The notes under the pieces were generated by a model that had not been told where the DNA came from, made no database searches, and was given only the letters and a program-made list of their open reading frames with translations. Shown here one piece after another: positions 52,618 to 64,000 of a stretch of 64,000 nucleotides of DNA. Source of the DNA: Trichinella spiralis (taxonomy: Eukaryota); assembly GCF_000181795.1 (NCBI RefSeq), contig NW_003526941.1, positions 1,267,859-1,331,858 on the forward strand, read 5' to 3'. Position 1 is the first letter of the stretch. Every line of letters begins with the position of its first letter. A program made the position numbers and the translations under genes.

Positions 52618-55600
52618 ATGTGCTACTGAAGCACTTCCGATATGTGATGTGATGAAATATTTAATAGTAAAACATGCATGAAGGAAATATTGCTACTTTT
52701 TTCATATGTTGCGCAAAAAATTTAACAGCATACAAAAAGTCAACTGCTTTTCAATACTAAATTGATAAAATCAAAATCCAAACAGAGTTTTTGCTGAACA
52801 GCAACTGGATTAGGCAGTTAATCGCATTTACATATTGTACTACCAATTCAATAAATACACCAGTTTGCGTGCCTACATTCTCTTATTTAACCCAAAATCA
52901 CAGTCCTACTGTAAGTAACTCTTGTTTTTTATATAAAAATTTTGTTTTCGATATAATACTGTATTATTATACCGAAATTATCATAATTGAGTATTTTTGT
53001 ATTGACGGTGCAAAAAATAGGAAAATCATGAAAATCCGCTAAATCTGTGATAATTTGAATTGTATTATAATAATTTTAAAATTAATCATCCTTTTCGTTG
53101 AACATAGCACAAATAGTTTTTCTGAAAAATATGCCAATTCATCCTTCATGTCCGTTTGGTGCATTGTTATGTGAATGAAGCAACATTTTGTTATTAATCA
53201 ACAACAATATTTGATTATATTTTTATGCCTTGAAATTTGTGAATAAAGAAATGTAAGTAAAATTTTCTGATATTAACTGTTTGACCTTTTGAATTTGGTA
53301 TGATGTAAATATCACTTGTATAACGTGAAGCTTTTGTTTTTGCTTGTTGGTTTTTCTTAATTTTCTAATTAATTTCCCCAGGTTTTCACTGTCAAAGCCT
53401 TGACCCCAAGTCCAACCTTGTCCCACAGTTTATCTCGCTTGACTTACGTGCCTAGTTTGCTTTGGCATCGGCATTTTACGCATTCTCGATTGGCTCTTCT
53501 TCGCCTTCAGTTCGACCCTTACGGCGGGTCAGACCAGTTTACTATATTGTGATTGGAACGTTCACTTCTAACTGCGTGCATCTTGACCACTTTTCATTTT
53601 TCTGTAATCAAACCGATGCACGCTTTTCTCCATTAAATAGTTCTTGTATTCTACACCATGATGCATTTGTTTTGCTCGAAACTAAGTAAGATTTGCCTAA
53701 CTAAGTATGAGAACGATGTTTTTTTCATTTGAATGTTTGAGCAGCATAGTTTTGTTAAATGAAATTTCTTCTTCTAATTACTGTAGTTATACTATACGTT
53801 ATACGTTTGTTTGATGTAATTACTTTTAAAATGTTTTTTTCGAACAATTTTTGTTTTTTGTAATTTTCTTACGATGTAATTGAAATGAAATTTTCAACGA
53901 ACGAATTTTCTTTTTGCTGACTGACAATGCAGTCGTTCAGAATTATCGCTGTTACGCTATGTACTACTTGTTGATACACCTTTTTATTTGGAAAAATATA
54001 TAAAGTGTTATTTTGAATTCATTTTTTCAAGATTCTTTTATTTTTCAATTTTATATATCTAGTATATTTGGTTTTTTATTTGAATGAATTTTATTTTGTT
54101 AATTTAAAGTTTTCGCTTCACATTTGACATCGTTTCCTGAAAGTTATTGATTATTATTCCGTTTCCTGACATTAATCCTGACTGAATATTCCTCAGTTTT
54201 CATTTAATTATCCAAGTTTTGTTTTCTGATTTATGTCGGAATATTTGATTAATCATTAATATTATTCACATAAAAATAGTGCATTCTTCTATTTTTAAAT
54301 TTTTATAATTTAATGTAATTTAATATTTTTATATTATTATTGTAGCATTGCATGTCTTCCGTTGTTGTGTTTACAATGAAATGGGTGTGATTTATAATTA
54401 TAAAAATTAAATAATAATAATAACTTAAATTTTATTAGTTAAAATTAAACAAATTTTCAAATTAATTTTTTTCATTTAATTGAAATCGTACTGTAGTACA
54501 GTATGATTTTAGTTGAACCTGCGAATTACAAAACATGCTCATATTAAATTCGGTTTTTCATTGACGATGTCAGTCTTCTTGCTGGGCGGCGGATCGCCTG
54601 GTGGTCAGTGAGGTGGTCTGTTCAATGGTGCTTTATCCTTACTTATCATCGGTCTAGTTTTTGCGGAATGAGGTAACATTTTTAATTGTTTCATTAACAG
54701 CTATTGAAATTATATAATAATGTGGTATTTATTTTTATATAAATTTTATTTTAAAAGTTTATTTTTTATTTATTCAGTTTAAAATATTACCACTTTAAAA
54801 TTTTTATTTTAATGTTTCAGAGTCCTTTAATTTTTAAATTTTTTCATAGTTTTAAGAATATAATTCAGTTTAATTCATATCATTCTTTGGTTGCCTCATT
54901 ATTTTTGTTTTTTTGTATGTTACTGGGTAAATTATTATTAGAGGTTAATTTTAGGACGTTCAGTTTTTCATGAATTATATAACGTTGGTATGATTATGGC
55001 CTATTTTTAATTTTTTGCTTAATCTTATTACCTTCTTGTTTTCCCAAGTTTTTTTTCGAATAAGCGTATATGGTATTATGCTTTTTAATTCTAAAATCAC
55101 GATATGCGTATTCTTATTTTCCTAATGAAATAAAAAAATGTTTTAACATTATTGTAATTTAAATTAACATATTTTATTATTAATAAAGAAATATAAATTA
55201 AAAAAATGTAATGTAATGTATTTATAGGTTTGCGAAAGGCGATGATATATATGAATGAATTTGGCAATGTTTTACTTATATTTTATCGTGAAATAGCCAA
55301 CGCAGTAGATAAAGTCATTTGAAGCTGAATGTTTGGTGTGCATTTCCAAGAAATTCAAGAAAACTGGTTTGCGAGTTAAATTTACGTGCACAACGAGTTG
55401 ATGATTAGCAGTTGGAAGCATAGAGTTGAAGCTTATTCTGAATTCGACGAACGTTGGTTGGCTGCTTGATTTTTGTGCTGATTATCTGGCAGAGCTGTCG
55501 AAATTGTCGTCGTGATGGTTGGCAGCTGGTTGATGTGTTTGCTAACGAACAAGCAAGACTCACGACGGCAGTGTCAACTTTTGCTTTTTACACACGCTTC

Positions 55601-56443
55601 ATTTGAGCTTTTCAATCACCGGAAGTCGTCGATTTGCGTAGGCGGGGCTGCTTTTTATTATTGGCCCATCTGGTTGAACAAATGCACTTGCCGTGCAGGG
55701 CAGAGTTACCGTAATCCGTTGTGCCAAGTCATCACCAGTGTGTGGAGTGGAACGGATACACTCTTTGCTCATTTGTTTCTTCGTTCGTTCTATAGATCAC
55801 CGTTCACAGTTGTAGTAGAGTAGGAGTTTGCAAAAAAGAAATTTTTTTTTCTGTTAATTTTTAACAAGGACGAGCGGATGTTTCTCAAAATTGAGGACAC
55901 AAATATCAGACACTTGGGTGTGGTTCACTGCATCAATTTGTATTCATTTTTTAATGGAATGGAAATTTTTGTGTCTGCTTCTTCTTCTTGTTTTCTCTCG
56001 TCATTGTTTGTCATCATTAGCGTGTGTCTCTAACATTAATCATCGGCAGTATTGTTTGAATGTGTGCACACTGGAGAAATGCGCGCTGGTGCTTTTCATC
56101 AATTTCTTGCTACTGTTTGGCATTTTGTTGTGTCATTTTCACGCTGCAGTATGCAATTACAGAACAGTAATTTCTGTAACTTTAATTTCATTTAAGCAAA
56201 CATTATGTTGAGTCATCACCGCTGCCGGTTGTGGAGTAATTCTGGAATGGATTCTTTTGTTGCTGATGACAATTCAGCATTCTATATATATATATATTTG
56301 TTTCTTCATATTCCGCGTACCAATTTCTCACGAGCAACTTTGTTCTAAGCGCGATGTTATCTGTTTTTGTGTTGATTATTATTACTATTTATTTGTTTTG
56401 ATGTTTTACAGTTTTGCATCCGTTTTTCAGTTATCTGGGAAAA

Positions 56444-59400
56444 ATGAACGAAGAATACGTATCGAACGAAAACCTTGACGAATTGATGGATTCGAAAGAA
56501 GCCGCGCAGTTTTTTGAACGTGGTCGCATCAAACAACTGCAGGACGAACGTGTGAGCATTCAGAAGAAGACGTTCACGAATTGGTGCAACAAGTATTTGG
56601 ATAGCGTGAGTCAGTTTGAATGTACTTTTTTTTTCTCTCTCACCTCCGTTCAATTATCTTGCAATTGCTAGATAATTCTCATAAGTGTGTAACTTTGAAT
56701 ATCATCGAGTTGAAAAAAACACTGGGTAATTTTAGGCTGAGAACATACAGTGACAGTTAATTTTCTTTCAGGTATATTTTTAAAAATATATTTGCTAAGT
56801 CGGAGAAAATTAATTTTATTTATTATACTCGTGTTGTGTGTGGTGAATTTGAAATGTCTTTATATTGTTCACGTCGAGAAGGGAGGGCGAGATGTGTTGA
56901 GTTGGCTGGACGAGAGAACGGCTATTTGTTATTTGCGTTTGGTTTTAGATTCCGAAAGAGTATGACGAAGAAACGATGTCTTTTCGCTCGCCGTTGCACG
57001 TAAACGATATATTTGTCGATTTGTGCGACGGGATCGTTTTGATGAAGCTGGTGGAAATAATATGCGGTGAAAATTTGGGAAGACCGAACCGCGGCCGCAT
57101 GCGTGTTCACAAGATTGAGAATTTGAATCGCGTGCTTGGGTTTTTGAAACGCAAGCGCATTCCGTTCGAGAACATCGGTGCCGAAGACATCCTCGACGGC
57201 AATCCACGTCTGATCCTCGGTCTCATTTGGACGATGATTTTGCGTTTCCAACTTGACGACATTGTGATCGAAGTGGTGAGTAGCAGGGGGGGGGGAATAG
57301 GAGGAGGGGATGTTTTTTTCTTTGTGATTTCTTTTTAATTAATTAATCAATTTCTTTACAGGAAGGGCCTGAAAGTGGCGAGAAGAAATTTGCCAAAGAT
57401 GCCCTGCTGTTGTGGTGTCAGCGTAAGACGGCCGGCTATCGTGGGGTGAAAATCGAGAACTTCTCCACAAGCTGGCGCAGTGGTCTCGGCTTCAACGCGC
57501 TCATTCACGCTCACCGGCCGGATTTGATCAACTACGACGCCTTGTCGTCACGCGATCATCTGGCCAACCTGAAGAACGCGTTCGATGTCGCCGAACACAG
57601 TCTGGGCATATCCAAATTGCTCGACCCTGAAGGTGACATTCCCTCCGTTGTGTGTTCACTTTGTTCTTTGGGTTCAAATTCATTTTCACGCTTCAGACAT
57701 GGACGTGGCCAGACCGGACGACAAATCCGTGATGACTTATTTGATTTCTTATTACAATTATTTTGCAAAGCAGAAAAAAGGACTGACCGGCGCTAAGCGA
57801 GTTGCCAAGGTTTTTGTTCGCTTGTGAAATTTGTGAATTTTTCTGCAGCATAAATCCACTTACACTTTTCTCCTATGTGCAGGTTATTGCTCAGTTGATG
57901 AGCTGCGAAAACAAGGAAAAAGAATACGAAGGTATTTTTTCGCGTTTGCTCGAATGGATCGAGCGGAAAATTGCGGAACTTGGCAGTCGACGATTTCCGA
58001 ACAGTCTTGTCGGTATTCAAGAGGAGTTGTTCAAATTCAAGCAGTATCGTACTCAAGAGAAACCTCTGAAGTGAGTTCGACGAAGGCCAAAAGCAAACTT
58101 TTCACATTTGTCCCCCTCTTTTATCTGTTTTCTCACAATTTCAACTTAATCGCATTTAAACTCCCTTTTCAGATACATTGAAAAAGGCGAATTGGAGGCG
58201 TTGATATTCCAAATTCGTACAGAGCAGCAAGGTTTAGGCACCAAACAGTACACCCCTCCGAATGGTTATCTTTTGAAAGATATCGAAACTGCTTGGAACA
58301 TGCTAGAAAAGGCGGAACATGCTCGACAAATTGCTCTGCAAGAGGAACTGATTCGGTAATTTTTTTAATCTGCTTTTCATTTAATTGGCCCACTTCAATC
58401 AGTTAATCTTGCAGCTGTTGGTTTGTTGATTTGTTTTTTATTGTTTTCAGTCAGAAACGGTTGGAACAGTTGGCTCGCAGTTTTGAATGCAAAGCTTTGT
58501 TGCGGGAAAGTTGGTTGCGCGAGATGATGATGGTTTTGCGCGAGTTCAACTATGGCAAGACGGTTGGTGAAGTTGAAGCGAGCATTAAAAAGCTCGAAGC
58601 TATTTTGGCTGACGTTCTACCACGAGTACGTGATGAAAACGAAAGAGGAGTTTTGCTTTTTATTTAAATTCATTTTTTTTCTGCTTGCTCCAGGAGAATA
58701 GATTTCAAAGTTTGAAAGCAATGGCCAGTGAGTTGGTTAGTGAAAATTATCACGGCAAGACTGCAATTTGCCAACGCGAGCAAAGCGTTTGGGGAAAGTG
58801 GTTGAACTTGCTCCACGAGCTGGAATCCCGCCGGGTCGCTTTGCAGTCGCTCAGCAAAGTCATGTCTATCTTGCGAGATGTGGATGCGCTGGCCCAAGAA
58901 TTTAGCGAAATAGAGGTACATGAGAAAAACAAGCATTTTTTTTTGATATTTTTAATCGAATGATATATCTGGTTGTTTTTATCCCGCGATAAAACAGGCG
59001 ATACTTCGGATGCGCGATACAGGAAAGCACTTGATTGGGGTCGAAGATTTGCAGCAAAAGCACAACCTTGTCGAATCGCAACTGTTGACTTGTGGCGGTC
59101 GACTGAAAACCATCGTCGCCGATACACAACGATACAGTCGATGTAAAGAGGTTGAATTCGAAGTGCTGCAGACCAAAGTAGCTGAATTGCAACATTATTA
59201 CGACAAGTGATTTTTTTTTCATGGGGTTTTCGATTTTTTTTTGCCAGTTATTATTGCATTTTTCTTTTTCTTTTTCTAGTCTTCTACAATGGGCACAGAT
59301 GAGAAAGTTAGCTTTGGAAAAAGCGAACGAATTGTTCCGTTTTCTTGAAGATGTCGAAGAGGAGGACAAGTGGCTGTTGGAAAAGAGTCGCTTTTGCATC

Positions 59401-62400
59401 ACTTTGGTCAGAAATTGTGACCTGTCCTTTTCGTCCCAATTAAACCGATTGTTAAAAGTATTTTGAATTTTTATTTGAAAAATTTTGCATTTTATTATTT
59501 CCATTGTTTTCTTCTTTTGTGTTGCAGTGCTTGGAAACCGAGATGCAGGCTCACTGGGTTCGAACGAAAAAGGTTATGGCTGTTGGCGAACAATTGCTGC
59601 TGAATACTTTTCCCGATGCCAAAGAGGATGTGCAGAATGGGCTGAAAAATTTGCAATTTCGTTGGGATGAACTTCGTCAGTTGATTTCCGTACTGGGCAG
59701 ATATGTCAACGAAGCGAGGCAAATTAACCAATATTTCCAAGAGGCGAACGAAGCGGAGAGCTGGATCAGGGAACGTATGCCTCTGGTGAGCTCCGAAGAT
59801 GCTGGCAAAGACGAAAGTTCTGCTCAGGTATTTCTTTTAAAAAATATTTATTGCTCATTTTGACTTTTTAATAATTAATGCATTGCTTTTTTCATTAATC
59901 AAGGCGTTGTTGCTTCGTCACAGTCGACTAGAAGAAGAAATTAAAGCTTACAGTGGCGATATTCATCGTTTAGACGAAATGGCTCAGGAATTAAGTAGCA
60001 GCGAAATGTTGCTCAACTTCGGCAAAGGGGATAAGGTGATAAATTGTTTTTTTCTTTCTTTCTATTTTTATTCTTGACTTTTTTTTATGAACTATATTTA
60101 TTTCTTTTGTGCATACGTTTTTACCATTGAAGAACAAAGTGGAAAAAACTGTAGCGTGAATGTGATTTTTTTTTTCATTTATTTATAGAATGATTTGCAA
60201 TCGATAGCAACATCGGGGAGAAATTTACTCGAAAAAGACGAATCAGACGAAGTATATTTGTTTGTTTCTGTTGCATTTGGCGTTTGAAAACATTGGTCTT
60301 GTTTGTCATCACTTTTGCATTTCAGGCTCGACATGCCTCAAAAATCATTTGTCGTGACGATGATGCTTCGGTTAAAACTGCCTCATTGAGGAAGAAAAGT
60401 ATTAGCAAAGTTTATGACATTGGAATTTTTGACATTGTTCCATTGGAATTTTTTCAGGCTTAGGACAGAACGAAGTGAATGTGATTAACGATCGCCAGCA
60501 GCAAATCAATTATGCTTACGGTCGTTTGATCGCGTTATCTAGGGTATGTTTGCCAGTGGTGCAAATTTGAGTATTTGCAGTTGAAGCATCCATCACATTG
60601 TGTTGTTGTTATTTTTCAGGACCGTCGTGCATTTTTGGAAGAAGTAGTTCAGTTGCACCGATTCTATCGCCAGTGTTACGAATTCCAGTTGTGGGCGAAG
60701 CAAATGGGAAAAGCTTTGAATGAGCCAGTCTCTTCTGAGCATATCAAAGCTAGCCGCCGAAAATACGATGTAAGTGACGGTCTGCCAATTTGCTTCCCCC
60801 AGAAGTAGAAGAATTAGCGGGTGAAAGGAGCTAACTGTTTTTCGTTTTTTTAATCAGAAACTTGTGTCTGACATGAATACAAACGGTGGAATACGATTGA
60901 ATGAGATCAACAAAATGGCCGAAGAGTTCACAGCATCCGGCCATGGCCATATTGATCGAATTCGAGACGGCCAGTTGGAAGTGAACAATACGTAAGGATA
61001 TCGGCAAAAATGAGATGATAGGACGGAGAATATGATGATTTTTGTTGTCTTCTATTTTTTCATCTTTTGAGAGCTGATATTTATTTGTCAATTCTATTTA
61101 GATGGGAATCATTGTTGAAGTTGAAAGCTGCCAAGGCAGATGCACTGAATGCGGCTGAACGAGTGGCAGAGTTTAACGAAGTTTGCAAAGAGACACGATC
61201 GTGGATTTTGGAAAAGACGGTCGTGCTCGAAGAGCAAACCGAAGCGAACGATATGAAGAGCTTGCAAGCTCTGCAGCGTAAACACCAGGTCTGTATTGGA
61301 CAGAGTTTTGTATTTCTGTTTGTGTTGCGATGAGTTTTGAAACAACTCTTTTTATTTTAATTTGAAGAATTTGGAACGCGAATTGAGGCCAGTGGAAGGC
61401 AAAATGCAAACTTTGCAATCTTTGGCGGAAAATGTAATGAAAGCTTATCCATCAGAAGCAGGTTCAGTTCGCTCTGAGCTGAAGGCATTGCAAAATATGT
61501 GGATAGAATTGAAAGACAAAACGGCAAGACGACGTGTAGCACTTGAAGATTCACGTGGCTGGCAAATGTTCCAAAATGCTGTTGAAGACTTGGTAAATGA
61601 TATATGTCATGTAGATTTATAAATTACTGAGAAACTGATTTGATTTTAGACTACCTGGATTAATAAGACCAAATCGACTCTGTCTGTTATGGAGACGGCA
61701 GTCGGCGTTTCTGAAGCCAATGCTCTGTGTCTTCAATGTGAAGAAATTTGGAGAGATATAATCAATCACAATGATGAGTATGTTGCATTTTGGAATCACT
61801 TGAGCATTTATTAGGTTGTGGGCAATTGCACGCGTTACTTTTGCAGATTGAATTACGTCAATGATCTGGGAAAGCGAATTTGCGCCAAAGGTCACATGAA
61901 ATCTGAAGTTGAAGATGAGTTGACAAAGGTGAATGCAAATTACCGAAAGCTGACCGAATATTGCACCGAAAAAAGGGAACATTTCGATGATATGCTGCAG
62001 TACTGGATATTTGTCCGTGAAGCGGACGTGATTGATTCAGCAACTAAGGGTCTGGAAGCGTTGCTAAAATTGCACGACGTCGGAGTAAGTTTTCGACGTT
62101 CAATTGTATTTATGCATTTCTAGTGTATTTTTAAGTAAAATTTTATTTGTTTTTATTCAGAATTCGGTTGACGCTACTGATGATTTGCTGAAACAGTCAA
62201 AAGAGCTAGACACCAAGTTGCAAGCTCAGAATCACCGACTGGAAGAATTCCTTACTAATTCAGAGTTGTATTTGGAAAAACGTCCGTTGAACGAGAATTT
62301 GTAAGAAATAAATTTCTGCTTTATTATTTTTGTGGTCCTTTTTTTTGAAATAGCAAATTTGGTATTTTTCACAGAATTAGAGAACGTGTGTCAGAAGTGG

Positions 62401-64000
62401 TAGGCTATCGAGATAAGATTAAACAGTTGGCAGCGCATCGTCATGCTGAACTGGAGCTGTCGCTGGTGTTTCATTTGTTCAGGCGAGAGGTCGAAGAGGT
62501 ATATATATATATATATATGATGAATGTGCGCGTTTAATTTCAACAATAGACTGAAACTTTCCTCTTTTTAAATTCAGTTAATGCAATGGATTGGCGAAAA
62601 AATGCGCATTGTTTCCAGCGATTCTTATCATTCTGGTTTGAACTTGCAAAAGCGTATTAAAAAGCACGAAGCTTTTGAAGCTGAACTGCACGCCAACCAG
62701 GATCGTTTGACCAGAATTAACAAAGTATACATTTTTATCATTTCTTGTATTTGTGGTATTGGGATTGTTTGTGGTAACTTTCTTTTTTTTGTTACAGAAA
62801 GGTATGCAACTGGTCGAAAGAACCATCAACGGCAGTGAAGTGAACAAACTTTTGGAAAATTTGAATGAAGAATGGGAAAAGTTGCTTAAACTGACTGCAG
62901 AACGCGGTCAAAAGTTGAAACATGCTGGCGACCAGAGAGTGGTGAATCGCATGCTTGATGATCTAACTTGCAAGTTGGCAGACTTTCAACAGAAACTTGA
63001 ATCTGAGGACGTTGGTTCAGATTTGCGCAGCATTAAACAACTGATTCAAAATCATACAGTATTTGCGTTTTTCAGTTTTTTTATTTTTTAAAAATGATTT
63101 AAATTCTTTACAAAATGTAGGTTCTTGTGCAAGATGTTAAAAGTTGTGCATGTCAAGTCGATGGTTTTGTTTCGCATGTGGAAGAATTTGTACGCAGTGG
63201 TCATGATGGCGCTGAACGAATATTGAACAATGTTTTAGATTTGAAAGAAAAGTATATTTGATTTTTATTTAATCTTGTTTTTTACGTTATATTCACGTTT
63301 CTGTTACTCAGTGAATGCGAAGATGATTTTTTTTTTGAAAATAAAATATTGCTGAAGTTTAGGTTAATGATACTGTTATGATTATTAGTATGTTGTTTTT
63401 GTTTTGTAAGGTATCGTATGTTGGAAGCGCCAATGAAACATCGGCGTGACGTGCTTGAATCTTCCCTGTTGATGCATCAGTTCAACTTTGATGTCGAATG
63501 TGAGCAGCAGTGGATTCGTGAAAAGCAGTCTGCCGCATCTCAAAAAGACGTCGGTCGTTCGTTGACTGATGCTTTGAACTTGGTCAAAAAGCACGAAGTA
63601 GTAACATATTGCTATTTTGCTATTTTTTTATACTGATGAATTCTAATGCATGTTTTTTTCTTGTGAAATGAAGCAACTGGAATCAGAAGTCTCTGGTCAT
63701 CAACCAATAATTAACAGAGTCCTCGAATTTGGCAAAAACTTGATTCAAAAGATGCATTTTGCAGCAGGGGAGATTTCACAAAGATGTGATCTGCTGAGCG
63801 AAGAATGGAAATCACTGAAGAAAGACATTTCAGAGCGACACGAGAAGCTTGAATTGGCTCTCCTTGTGCATGAATTTTATGCCAACGCGTCCGATTTTGA
63901 AAGTTGGATGAATGAGAAGCGGTGTTTCTTGAATTCGGACGATATTGGAACTGACGAGAACAGTGCTGGTGTATTGTTGATGCGACACAAAGCGATTCAG
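56444..64000 (+). CDS. sma-1: Beta-heavy spectrin (SMA-1/Karst/SPTBN5-like), 5' part, many exons, continues past the window
   Basis: [28 protein letters not shown]1 ([28 protein letters not shown]) and CH2 ([11 protein letters not shown]...[31 protein letters not shown]), followed by tandem spectrin repeats. The beta-H subtype is inferred from motifs such as [10 protein letters not shown] and [19 protein letters not shown]. Confidence 0.88.

Larger units (their letters stand above)
49930..53370 (+). repeat. Tandem segmental duplication: unit 1 ~49930-51790, unit 2 ~51795-53370
   Basis: Collinear matching blocks, e.g. ggtcattaattg.gttgttttggtcattt at ~49967 and ~51813, the whole gene, the 3' flank, and taaatatcacttgt...tgaagcttttgtttttgcttgtt at ~51664 and ~53306. 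Boundaries are approximate. Confidence 0.9.

Noticed and set aside
61021..61030. GGACGGAGAA, resembling the miR-184 5' end
   Set aside because: The rest does not match and it lies on the 5' arm, whereas miR-184 derives from a 3' arm.
1..64000. CRISPR arrays, tRNA, rRNA, snRNA/SL RNA genes
   Set aside because: No repeat-spacer array or recognisable structural RNA gene seen by eye; a covariance-model scan would be needed to exclude divergent ones.

Overview
AT-rich eukaryotic genomic DNA with many short (~50-110 nt) GT-AG introns and abundant microsatellites. The gene content (6-Cys WAP-like protein, torsin ending in NDEL, beta-heavy spectrin) suggests a nematode, probably a clade I Trichinella-like parasite; this assignment is an inference. 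Genes in order: first coding exon of an N-acylated globin (-), PRP39 (-), mitochondrial ribosomal protein L7/L12 (+), a secreted WAP-like/lustrin-like Cys-rich protein (-), a ~20-finger C2H2 protein with an apparent frameshift at a CAG/CAA tract (+), a leucokinin-type GPCR (-), and a ~17 kb gene-poor stretch. These are followed by a tight operon-like cluster RCL1-RNASEH2C-torsin (+), three tandem small three-exon genes of an unrecognised family (two missed by the ORF track, one flanked by a 344-bp hAT insertion), and the 5' part of a beta-heavy spectrin apparently lacking its SH3 domain. The most novel-looking element is the three-gene family. It has an acidic/Ser-rich N-terminus and a shared N[FY][RK]LxTP[AG]GKxxxYxGP motif, and in the two young copies the exons have diverged more than the introns. 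All gene models were derived by hand; no database searches were run.
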